Translations under genes and position numbers: made by a program
The notes under the pieces: generated by a model
Seen by the model: only the letters and a program-made list of their open reading frames with translations
The model's database searches: none
What the model was told of the DNA's origin: nothing
Part shown: positions 1-10,271 of the stretch, piece after piece
How the letters are laid out: each line of letters opens with the position of its first letter
Position numbering within the stretch: position 1 is the stretch's first letter
Origin: Lingula anatina
Taxonomy: Eukaryota > Animalia > Brachiopoda
Direction of reading: 5' to 3'
Assembly: GCA_051362555.1 (NCBI GenBank)
Contig: JBPQGU010000016.1
Coordinates: forward strand, 2,666,001-2,730,000
Length of the DNA: 64,000 bases

Positions 1-20
1 TTTTATTTTTAAAATTAAAA

Positions 21-2102
21 TTAAAATTCAGTTTCAATATTTAAATTTTTATCAAAAAATATTGTTAAGTTTCCATTTTCATTAGTGTTATAAACTTTAC
101 AACCATTTTTTATTAATCTATTTTTAATTTTTGATTTTTTATTTGATGAAATAAAACAAACTTTTGGTCTTATTTTTTTTATGAAATTTATACTACTTGA
201 TGTTTTTGAGCCATGATGTGCAACTTGTAAGAAATCTATTTTATGATTTAATTTATTAATTAATAATTTTTCTACTTTTTCTTCTATATCAAATGGTAAC
301 AAAATATTTTTATTATTGATTGAAAAATTAAGTATTAAACTTTTATTATTTTATTTTTTAAAAAATGGAAATGATAAATTTTTTATATTTATATTTTTTA
401 TTACATATTTTTTTTGAAAAAAATTATTATTATAAATTTTTTCAATTTTTATTTTCTTTTTTAAAAAAATTAAATTATTATAGTGATCTATATGTTTGTG
501 TGAAATAAAAACTGCATCTAATTTTTTTATTCCTAATTTTAATAAATTTTTTAAAATTAAATCATTTTCATTATTTTTTTTAAATTTATTTATTCCTGCA
601 TCAAATAATATATTTATGTTTTTATATCTATTTGTAAATAACATAGATAAACCATGATTTGTATTAAACATTATTAATTTATAAATATTTTTATATTTAA
701 AAGTATTTATTATAAAAAATGAAAATGTAATTAAAATGATAAAAATTAATAATGTTTTTAATTTATTTTTTTCTTTTAAATAAAATAAAAAAATTAAACT
801 AGAATAATATATTAAAATTAAATATCATTTAATTTCTCCAGTTATTATTTCTATATTAAAAGAATCAAAAAAAATAATAATTTTTTCAAATAAATTTATT
901 ATATAAAATATAAAATTATAAATTGGTAAAATTCATATTAATATAAAAAAAACAGGATAAAACAAAATTATTAAAATTGAAAAAAATGTTGTATTTAAAA
1001 CACTAAAAATAGAAAATTTATAATTAATATTTAATGTTATTGGTAATAATAATATAAAAATTAAAAAATTTATTTTTAAAATATTTATTAATCAATCTTT
1101 TAAATTTTTGTTTTTTGTATTTCCATATAATAAAGAACATCAAAAACTTGCTAAAAAACTTAACTGAAAATCTATTCTTATTATAAATCATGGATTGTAA
1201 ATTAAGTATAATATTCCTAAAAATGATATAAATTCATAAGTTTTTATATTTTTTTTAAAAAATAAAACCCAAAATAAAATAATTAATGATTTTGTTGTAC
1301 TTAATTTTCAATTTGTTAAATATGTTAAGAAAAAACAAAAAGAAAAACCTATAATTTTAAAAAATAATTTTATAATTTTGTTTTTTGTTTTTTTACTAAA
1401 AAATATTCATATTCAAGAAAATGCAAATAAATGAAAGCCACTAATTATAAAAAGATGATTAATATTTAAATTTTTGGTTTTTTCTTCAAATATATTTAAT
1501 TTGTCTGATTTTTCTTGAAAAATAAGAAATTTTATTCATTTTATAAATTTTTTATTTTTTATTTTTTTAAAATATTTAATTATTTTACTTCTTAAGTTTT
1601 TTGTTTTTTTTATAATTAATTTACAGTTTTTTGTATAAATAAAAGCTTTAAATTTTATATTTTTACTTTTAAAATATTTATTTGAATAAGTTAATTTATT
1701 GATTTTTAAACAATTATTAATTTCATCATTTATTTCAAGTTCTAAACTTTTGTATTTATTATTTAAAAAATATTTTTTATTTAAAATAATTTTATTATTT
1801 TTAAAATCATTAATTATATAAGAGTTTTTATATTTTTCAGAAATATAAAATTTATTATTTTTTGGAATTTCATTATTTCCATTTTTTATTATTGAAGTTA
1901 TTAAAATTTTAAATATTATTAAAAAAATAATTAAAATAATTAAAATAATTTTATTTTTATTTAAATTTTTTATTATTTTTTCTTTAAATAAAATCAAAAT
2001 TAAAAAATTAAAAACAAATCCTATAAAACCAATAGTATTTATTAAAATTCCTCAAATTAAACTAGATATAAAAAGAAATGTAAATGAAATAGTAAAAACC
2101 AT
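21..2102 (-). pseudogene. comEC: ComEC/Rec2 competence DNA-uptake protein, full length but interrupted by one in-frame TAA at 351-353
   Basis: One frame from ATG 2102 to TAA 21 under code 4. Competence-domain motifs NHLFIISGFH and NPW..RIDFQLSF; metallo-beta-lactamase motifs DAG, ISHKHIDHY and QVAHHGSKTSS. Single stop in FFKK*NNKSLIL; could be a nonsense allele or a sequence error. Confidence 0.85.
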
Positions 2103-2683
2103 TAAAACAAAATATGCTCTGATATTTTTTTTAAAATTTCTTCTTTTTTTATATTTTGTTTATTTAAAAAATAAGAAATTTTATTTTTTATTTCATTTTT
2201 GTTAAAATTTTTATTTTTCATTAATTTAATTATTAAATTAATTAAATTTTCATTTTTAAAAATTTTTTTTAAAAATTTTTTTTCTAAATTTTCTCTTTTA
2301 ACTAATTTAAAAGAAGTTATTTTTATTATTAAATAAATAGGTTTTTTTAAATTTAAATAAATATCATTTAATTTTTTATTTAGTTTAAAATATTTTTTTA
2401 ATTTTGGAAAATAATTTGAAATAAAAGAATCTATTATTATTTTGTTATCATTTTTTAACAAAATTTTTTTAATTGGATTTAAACTATTTAAACTTTCTTT
2501 TGTAAGTGGTCTTCTTTCATTTAATTTAAATCAAAAATGTTTTTTAAATTCATTATTTTGTTTATAATTTTTTTTTATATTAAAATTATTTTTTTTATTT
2601 CAAATAAAAATTTGCATTATATATACTGTTAAAAATATTAAAATTAAAAAAGACATTATTAAATAAAATTTTTCTTTTTTCAT
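2102..2683 (-). CDS. Hypothetical protein with N-terminal transmembrane helix (193 aa), translationally coupled to comEC
   Basis: Open frame with TGA=Trp from ATG 2683 (MKKEKFYLIMSFLILIFLTVYIMQIFIW); its TAA overlaps the comEC ATG (TAATG). Confidence 0.7.
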
Positions 2684-2759
2684 TTTCAAAATAAAATTAG
2701 TTATAAAAATAAAAAATTTCTTTTTTTATTTCTTTTTTCATTTAAAATATTAATTAATT

Positions 2760-3047
2760 ATGGCAAATATAAAACAACAAAAAAAACGTATATTAACAGA
2801 TCAAAAAAGAAATTTAAAAAATAAAAATTTTAAATCTCAAATTAAAACTGCATTAAAAAAAGCAAATAATGCAATTAAAGAAAATTTAAAAGATAAAAAT
2901 AAAATAGTTAGTTTTGCAATAAAATTACTTGATAAATCAATAACTAAAAAAATTAAAAAAAGAAACTATGTTAATAGAAAAAAATCAGTTTTACAAAAAG
3001 AACTTTATAATTCTAGTAAAAGTGATTCTATTAAAATAGTTAAATAA
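2760..3047 (+). CDS. rpsT: 30S ribosomal protein S20
   Basis: MANIKQQKKRIL...N...KSQIKTALKK, typical S20. Confidence 0.97.
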   Translation: MANIKQQKKRILTDQKRNLKNKNFKSQIKTALKKANNAIKENLKDKNKIVSFAIKLLDKSITKKIKKRNYVNRKKSVLQKELYNSSKSDSIKIVK

Positions 3048-3069
3048 TTTATTAATTATTTTTAAATTT

Positions 3070-3157
3070 GCCCAAGTGGTGGAATTAGGTAGACACGATA
3101 GACTCAAAATCTATTGAGATTTTTCTCGTACCGGTTCGATTCCGGTCTTGGGTACCA
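3070..3157 (+). tRNA. tRNA-Leu(CAA)
   Basis: GCCCAAG acceptor stem, anticodon arm ATAGA-CT CAA AA-TCTAT, long variable arm, GGTTCGATTCC, encoded CCA. Confidence 0.95.
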
Positions 3158-3162
3158 TTGAA

Positions 3163-4383
3163 ATGAATTTAAAAGAAAAAATATTAAGTATTAAAAATAG
3201 AGGTTTAATTAAAGAAGAAACTGATTTAGAAAAATTAATTGAACTTATAAAAGAAAAAAAAACTGTTTATTGTGGAATAGATCCATCATGTGATTCGTTA
3301 CATATTGGACATTTAGTTCCTTTAAAATTAGTTAAAGAATTATATGATTTAGGATGTAAAGTTATAATTTTAATTGGTTCAACAACTGTAAGAATTGGTG
3401 ATCCTAGTTTTAGAAAAACAAAACGTAAAAAAATTGATTTTGAAATTATTAAAAAAAATATTGAAAATATAAAAAAACAAATTAAAATTTTAATTCCTAA
3501 AGCTAAAATATTAGAAAATAATCAATGATATAAAGATATGTCAATTATTGATTTTTTTGATAAAGTTGGTAATTTGTTTACAATTAATAAAATGTTGGAA
3601 AGAAAATCAATTAAAGAATCTTTAAAAAATGGCATATTATTTTATGGTAATTTTTCATATATTTTAATGCAAGCATATGATTTTTATTATTTATGAAAAA
3701 ATTATAATGTTTCAATACAAGTTGGTGGAAGTGACCAATTTCCAAATATTATTTTTGGCATAGAAATGATTAATAAGTTAGAAAACAATAAAATCAATAA
3801 TATTGTAGGTTTAACAACACCATTATTAGAAAAATCTAATGGTGAAAAATTTTCAAAAACAGATAATGAAAATATTTGAATTGATCCAAATAAAACAAGA
3901 TTTTATGATTTATTTCAATTTATTTTCAATATATCTGATGAAGATATAAAAATATGACAAAATATATTTTTACCATATGAAATAAATTATAAAAATAAAA
4001 AATATAGAAATTTACAAAAAAAAATAGCTTTTTATTTAATAAATTGAATTTCTAATGATAATTTAATTGAAGAAAAAATTAAAAATGTTTTAAATTTATT
4101 ACAAAAAAATAAAAATTTAGAAAATATTGATTTTAATAATTTAAAAGAAATATTAGGTTTTATTGAAGTAAAAGATAATGAAAAATTAATTGATATTATG
4201 GTTAAAAATTCTATTTTTAAATCTATTTCTGATGCAAGAAGAAATATTTTACAAGGAGGAATAAAAATATTTAATAAAAAAATAATTGATATAAATTATA
4301 AAATAACAAAAACATCAAATGAAATCAAATATTTTTTATTAAAAAAAGGTAAAAATAATTGATATATATTAAAAGTTATTTAA
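3163..4383 (+). CDS. tyrS: Tyrosyl-tRNA synthetase
   Basis: YCGIDPSCDSLHIGH, QAYDF, QVGGSDQ, KFSKT and C-terminal S4-like domain; frame open through TGA codons to TAA 4381. Confidence 0.95.
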
Positions 4384-4476
4384 AAAAATACTTTTATATT
4401 ATTAATAATATAATAATATTTATGTATTTCAAAATTTAATTATTAAAACATAATTAAAAATTATTTTAAAAAAATT

Positions 4477-6024
4477 ATGAATCAAAAACAACCTATAATT
4501 ACATATTTTTGATTATCTTTGTTTTTTATTACATTATCTTTATTTTTAGGAGTGTTGATAACACTTATTTGTTTTTTTGGGCATTCATACATTTTTTGAT
4601 TAATTTTTTTAGGAATTCATACATTTTCAATATTTGCTTTAATGATACATTTTCAATTATCAAAGCATTTTGTAGAATATAAACTTGTTTGAATTTTTAT
4701 TGTTGCTTCTTTACCATGATTAGGTATTTTTGCATATTTATTAATTGGTAATTATTTAAGTTTTAAAAAAAATGGTAAAAAATATAGAAAATTAGAAAAA
4801 AAATATTTAAAATTTGAAAGTTCAGAAAATACAAAAATAATTTTAAATAATAAAAATATAAATAGAAAAATAAAAGATATTTTTACATTTTCTTCTTATT
4901 TATCAAAACATTCTTTATATTTTGATCTTAATATGAAATTAATAATAGAATCAATTCAAAAATTTGAATTATTAAAAAAAGATTTAGAAAATGCTAAAAA
5001 GTATATTTATATAAATTATTTTATAATAAGGGGTGGTGACTGTCTTGATTTTATATCAGATATTTTAATTAAAAAACTTAAAGAAGGTGTAAAAATTAGA
5101 ATTTTATTTGATTTTCTTGGAACATTTTTTTCAACTCCATTAAGTTCTTTTTATAGATTAAGAAAATATGGTGCAAAGATTAAAATTTATGGAAATTATT
5201 TTCCAATAAAACCAATTGTTTTATATAGAAATCATAGAAAAGATTTAATTATTGATGGTGAAATTGCATATACTGGTGGTTATAACATTGGTGATGAATA
5301 TTGTCATATGTCATCTGTTTATGGAATATGGAATGATACACATATTAGAGTTGAAAAAGAATTAGCAAAAAGTATTGAATATATTTTTTTAAAAGATTGA
5401 GAATTTATTACTTCAAAACCAATTAAACTATTACCAATAAAAAAACAAAATGGTATTACAATAGATAAAAAAATAAAAAATATTGTTCAAGTTATTGATG
5501 ATGGACCAAATGATATAAGTACAAAAACAAAAGATTTATTTGTTTTTCTTATTGGAAAAGCAAAAAAAAGAGTATGGATGATAACTCCATATTTATTAAT
5601 TGATGACTCTTTTGAAAAAGCTTTAATTGCTGCAGCTAATATTAATGTAGATGTAAGAATAATAATTCCAGAATTTACAATTAATTATGTTCTTGCAGTT
5701 ATGAGGTTAAAATATATTAATTTAATTAAAAATAATGTAAAAATTTATGAATATGCTTCTGCATATATTCATTCAAAAATAATATTAATAGATGATGAAA
5801 TTTGTACAGTAGGAACATCCAATTTAGATTATTATTCTTTTTATAGTAGTTCTCAAACAACATTATTAATTTATAGTAAAGACATTTGTAAAGATATGAG
5901 TGAAAAAATTTTTAAAAGAGATTTTAAAAATTCATATTTAATTAAAGAAGATATTATGAAAAGATATAATAAATTTCAAATTTTAATCATTAAATTAATG
6001 GCAATTATTAGTGTTTTTGTTTAA
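4477..6024 (+). CDS. cls: Cardiolipin synthase (PLD family)
   Basis: N-terminal TM helices plus two HKD motifs (RNHRKDLIIDG, YIHSKIILIDD); ORF fragments share one frame. Confidence 0.9.
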
Positions 6025-6077
6025 TTTTTTAGAATAATTAATTTCTTTTTTTTTATTTAAATATATTAATTTCAATT

Positions 6078-6095
6078 AAAAAAAAAAAAAAAAAA
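6078..6095 (+). repeat. Poly-A tract A18 (1 of 5)
   Basis: 18 consecutive A counted; the others are at 6163-6180, 6234-6251, 7052-7069 and 7636-7653. Confidence 0.95.
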
Positions 6096-6150
6096 CATAT
6101 TAATTTTTTATTTTTTATCAAAATTTTTTAAAAATTTATTTTAATTAAAT

Positions 6151-6198
6151 AAAAAGTACTTGAAAAAAAAAAAAAAAAAACAATAATAAATTTATATA
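6151..6198 (+). promoter_or_regulatory. Putative sigma70 promoter with poly-A spacer, copy 1
   Basis: AAAAAGTACTTG-A18-CAATAATAAATTTATAT; -35-like TTGAAA 6160-6165, 18-nt spacer, -10-like TAATAA 6184-6189. Confidence 0.5.
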
Positions 6199-6230
6199 TT
6201 TAAAAAAATATTATAAATATTAAATTTTAT

Positions 6231-6751
6231 ATGAAAAAAAAAAAAAAAAAATCATTGTAAATTTTAATAATAATTTAAGTAAAAAAACACTTGAATATCA
6301 TTTATTAAAAGAAAAGAAAAATATAGATTTAAAAAGTTATCAAAAAGAATATAAAAAAAATAATAAAGAAAGAATTTCAAAATATCAAAAAGAATATAGA
6401 GAAAAAAACAAAGAAAAAGCAAAAGATTATCAAAAAGAATATAGAGAAAAAAACAAAGAAAAAGCAAAAGATTATCAAAAAGAATATATAGGAAATAACA
6501 AAGAAAAAATTTCAAAATATCAAAAAAAATATAGAAAAAAAAACAAAGAAAAAGCAAAAGATTATCAAAAAGAATATAGAGAAAAAAACAAAAAAAAAGC
6601 AAAAGATTATCAAAAAAAATATATAGAAAATAATAAAGAAATAATTTCAAAATATCAAAAAGAATATAGAGAAAAAAATAAAGAAAAAGCAAAAAAATAT
6701 CAAAAAAAATATAGATTAAATAAAAAAAATATGAATAAAAATAAAAAATAA
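6231..6751 (+). pseudogene. Lys/Glu/Tyr-rich 15-aa tandem-repeat protein, out of frame because of the A18 tract directly after ATG (phase-variable candidate)
   Basis: ATG-A18-TCA TTG TAA stops immediately. The repeat-bearing frame (6224-6751) is open with no ATG until 6731; A19 or A16 would join it to the ATG. Confidence 0.65.
6338..6715 (+). repeat. 45-bp tandem repeat, 8 full units plus 1 partial (YQKEYREKNKEKAKD-like), with 135-bp higher-order period
   Basis: TATCAAAAA starts at 6338, 6383, 6428, 6473, 6518, 6563, 6608, 6653 and 6698. Confidence 0.95.
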
Positions 6752-6878
6752 TATTTTTTTTTATTTTTTTTAAAAATAAATAAAAAAAACAAATTTAATT
6801 TTAAATATATAAATAAATCATAAAAATATTTAAAAAAATATTTCAATAATATAAAATATTAATTAATAATATTTTTTT

Positions 6879-6971
6879 GGAGCAATACCCAAGTGGTTAA
6901 GGGGGCTCATTGCTAACGAGTTAGATCAGAAATAATCTGATGCATGGGTTCGAATCCCATTTGCTCCGCCA
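6879..6971 (+). tRNA. tRNA-Ser(GCT)
   Basis: GGAGCAA/TTGCTCC acceptor stem, anticodon GCT, long variable arm, GGTTCGAATCC, CCA. Confidence 0.93.
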
Positions 6972-7000
6972 TTTTATTTTTTAAAATATTATCCATATTA

Positions 7001-7037
7001 AAAAAAATTTAATTTTATAATTAAATTAAATTTTTTT
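7001..7037. terminator. AT-rich inverted repeat after tRNA-Ser, probable intrinsic terminator
   Basis: 15-bp arms AAAAAAATTTAATTT / AAATTAAATTTTTTT. Confidence 0.45.
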
Positions 7038-7038
7038 A

Positions 7039-7088
7039 AAAAAGTACTTACAAAAAAAAAAAAAAAAAAGTTAATATTAATTTATATG
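7039..7088 (+). promoter_or_regulatory. Putative sigma70 promoter with poly-A spacer, copy 2
   Basis: AAAAAGTACTTAC-A18-GTTAATATTAATTTATATG; -35-like TTACAA 7048-7053, 18-nt spacer, -10-like TAATAT 7072-7077; shares flanks with copy 1. Confidence 0.5.
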
Positions 7089-7424
7089 TTTGAGAAATGA
7101 TATAAGTATATATCTTTTATAATTTTTTTTATATTTTTTATATTTTGTATATTTTTAAATAATTAAAATAATTTTTCAATTTTAAATTTATTTTTTTAAA
7201 TTTAAAAACTTCAGATATAAAATAAATTTTAAAAGAAAAATTAAATAATATAACTTTACTAAATAATAATATAAATAATTTGTTATCAAAACAATTATAT
7301 AAATATTATGAATTAATTAATAAATTTACTACTAGTTACATATTTATTACATCTTCAATAAAAAGTTTATGTAATAATAAATATCTTGTTTTAAAAAATA
7401 AAAAAGGTTTTTATTTATTAAAAT

Positions 7425-7426
<2 letters not shown>

Positions 7427-7489
<63 letters not shown>
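7427..7489 (+). repeat. (AAT)21 microsatellite
   Basis: 63 nt perfect trinucleotide repeat, flanked by TGT on both sides. Confidence 0.95.
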
Positions 7490-8073
7490 TGTAAAAACAA
7501 AATTAATATTAAATGATTTTAATTCTTCTGTTTTATTAAAAATAAATAAAAAAGAAATAATTTTCAATGTTAAAAAAATTATAAAAAAAGAATTAGATCA
7601 AATGAAAGTTCAAAAAAAGAATTATTAGTTAAATTAAAAAAAAAAAAAAAAAAGATATAGAAACTATTAATTTTTTTAAAATTATGATTACAATAAATTT
7701 ATTAATAAAATTTTTATATAATAATTATTTTGATCAAAAATTTAATAAAATATTTTTTATTGATATTTGATAATTAAATGATAATGATTTAATTACAATT
7801 TTTAAAATAACATAAATAAGATAATAAAAAATAAATTTTAAATAATAATATATTATTGATATTTTAATATGAAAAAATAATATTTTTTAATCTAATAGAT
7901 TGAAATAATAAATTATTTTTTATTAATATTTAAATAAAAAAAAACAAATTTATTATTAAAAATATATTTTATGTATTAATTTATTTTTATTATTTTTAAT
8001 TTTAATTATTTTTTCTTTTTATTGTGTTTGTAAAAATAGTTTAAAAAATTAAATTGAAAATTAAAAATAAAAA

Positions 8074-8147
8074 TGGTGAACGATGCGGGAATCGAACCCG
8101 CATTTTTTGGTTAAGAGCCAAATACTTTACCATTAAGTTAATCATTC
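8074..8147 (-). tRNA. tRNA-Lys(CTT)
   Basis: Reverse complement GAATGAT...TTTGG CT CTT AA CCAAA...GGTTCGATTCC...ATCGTTC A CCA. Confidence 0.92.
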
Positions 8148-8324
8148 AATAAAAAATTAAATTATTTATATTTTATTATAAAAAAAATACTAAAATTAAT
8201 AAAATAATCTTAAATTTAATTTAAGTTATTTTTTAGTTTATTTATTTATAATATAAGAAAATAAATATTTTTTATTTAATAAATTGAAAAAAATTAATAT
8301 AATTTATTTTATTTTTAAAAACTT

Positions 8325-8789
8325 ATGGTGAATATTGATACTGAATTTGATTTATTTTTTTTAATTTTTATTATTATTATTTTTTTATTTTCATTATATT
8401 TTTTTATAAAAAAATATAATGAAAAAGACAATAAAAATATTAATGATGTTGTAGATGATGAATGAAAAATAATTTCAACAAATTTTTGTTATTATTATGG
8501 TGGTTGAAGAAATAAAAATTTTTATTTTAAAATTCAATTACCAACTTTTAAACAAATTTTAGTTCCAGAAAAAATTTTTTATTCTTTTTTAGATGAAGAA
8601 TCACAAACTGTTTTTTTTGAAACAATAAGTTCTATTTTAACTAAACAAAAAATTAATAAAAAAGAAAAAGAAAAAATATTTTTTTTAGAAATAGAATCTA
8701 AAAAAATAAAATGTTTTTTTAAATTTTATAAAATTGATCCAAAAACTGAAATATTAAAAGGTTATATGACAAATATTTTTAAATATTAA
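8325..8789 (+). CDS. Hypothetical protein with N-terminal TM helix (154 aa)
   Basis: Open under code 4 (MVNIDTEFDLFFLIFIIIIFFIFIIFFIKKY...); absent from the ORF track. Confidence 0.7.
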
Positions 8790-8827
8790 TTAAATTTGAA
8801 AATTAATAATTTAAAATAAATAAATAT

Positions 8828-10231
8828 ATGAATAAAAATAATAATTTTATTAATTTGTTGAAAGAAACAAATATGTTTATTTATGGTCTTTTTAAAGGCA
8901 CCATGATAATGACACCAAGATCTACAAAAATTTGAGAATTGATAAAACTTTATTTAGATAATGATTTTCGAAAAAATGATGTTGAAAATGTTAATATGCC
9001 TGCTTTAATTCCATTAAAGTATATGAAAAAAGAAAAGGAAAACTTTAAAGGGTTTGAACCAGAACTTATAACTATAACTGAAATTGGTAAAAAAAAATTA
9101 GAACAAAATGAAAAACTTATTTTAAGACCTACATCTGAAGTTTTATTTTCATATTATTTTAAAAATATTTTAAAATCATATCGTGATTTACCAATACTTT
9201 TAAATCAATGATCTAATGTTTGACGTTGAGAAAATAATACAAATCCATTTTTAAGAACTACTGAATTTTTTTGAAATGAAGGTCATACATTACATTCAAC
9301 AAAAGAAAAAGCATTTGATTTTTGTAATAAAATTTTTCAAATTTATAAAGAATTTATTAATAAAAAATTATTAATTCCAACTTTAGAGGGTCAAAAATCT
9401 TTTTCTGAAAAATTTGCAGGTGCAAAAAATTCTTGAGCAATTGAAACAATTTTGCCAGATGGTCAATTTTTACAATTATCAACTGTACATTATTTAGGAC
9501 ATGGTTTTGTGAAAATGTTTGATATTAATTTTTTAGATAAAGATAATAAAATTTCTTTACCACATCAAACATCATGAGGTGTTTCAACAAGATTAATTGC
9601 TGGTTTACTTTTAACACATAAAGATGAAAAAGGTTTAATTTTACCAACTGAAATTGCAGATAAACAAATAATTATAATTCCTATAATAAATAAAAAAAAT
9701 GATAATTTAAATATTTTAAAATATTGTAATGAAATAAAAGATATTTTAAAAAATAAAGGATATCGTATTCAAATAATATATAAAGAAAACAAATCATTTA
9801 GTTATCTTAAAAAAGAATATACAAAATTTGGAATACCACTTTTAATTGAAATTGGTATTAATGAATTTAAAAATAAAACAATTACTTTTAAGTTAAGAAC
9901 TGAAAATAAAAATAAAAATGTTTTATTTAATTATTTTTTAGAAAATATAAAAATAATATTTCAAAATATTGATAAAACTTTATATAAAAAAGCAATTGAA
10001 AAATTAAATAAAAAATTTCAATGAATAAAAAATTATGATGAATATAAAAAAATAACTAAAAAAGATATGATTTATCAAACTTATTTTTGTGGAAAAGAAG
10101 TGTGTGAAAAAATAATTAAAAAAGAAACTAATACAACTTCAAGACTTTTAAATAAAATTAAAGAAAATAAAAAATGTTTTAAGTGTAATGAAAATACTAA
10201 ATTTAAAGCAATATTTGGTAGATCATATTAG
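8828..10231 (+). CDS. proS: Prolyl-tRNA synthetase (archaeal/eukaryote-like family)
   Basis: LILRPTSE, NQWSNVWRWE, PFLRTTEFFWNEGHT, QTSWGVSTR, C-terminal GRSY*. Confidence 0.95.
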
Positions 10232-10271
10232 TAATAATTAATAATTAAAAAAAATAAAAGGGAGTGTTTAA

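Noticed and set aside
351-353. TAA reassignment to a sense codon
   Set aside because: Only one internal TAA was found, and TAA ends nearly all other genes.
3148-3162. TTG start for tyrS given in the ORF track
   Set aside because: Lies inside the tRNA-Leu acceptor stem; ATG 3163 is preferred.
6264-6692. 142-aa hydrophobic repeat ORF on the minus strand
   Set aside because: Antisense shadow of the plus-strand 45-bp repeat; the promoter-like cassette and ATG point to the plus strand.
6338-6715. Possible CRISPR array
   Set aside because: Units are contiguous with no unique spacers, keep a reading frame, and no cas genes are present in the window.
7280-7522. Poly-Asn ORF as a real protein
   Set aside because: TTG start without SD, length inflated by the microsatellite, no recognisable motif; treated as decayed sequence.
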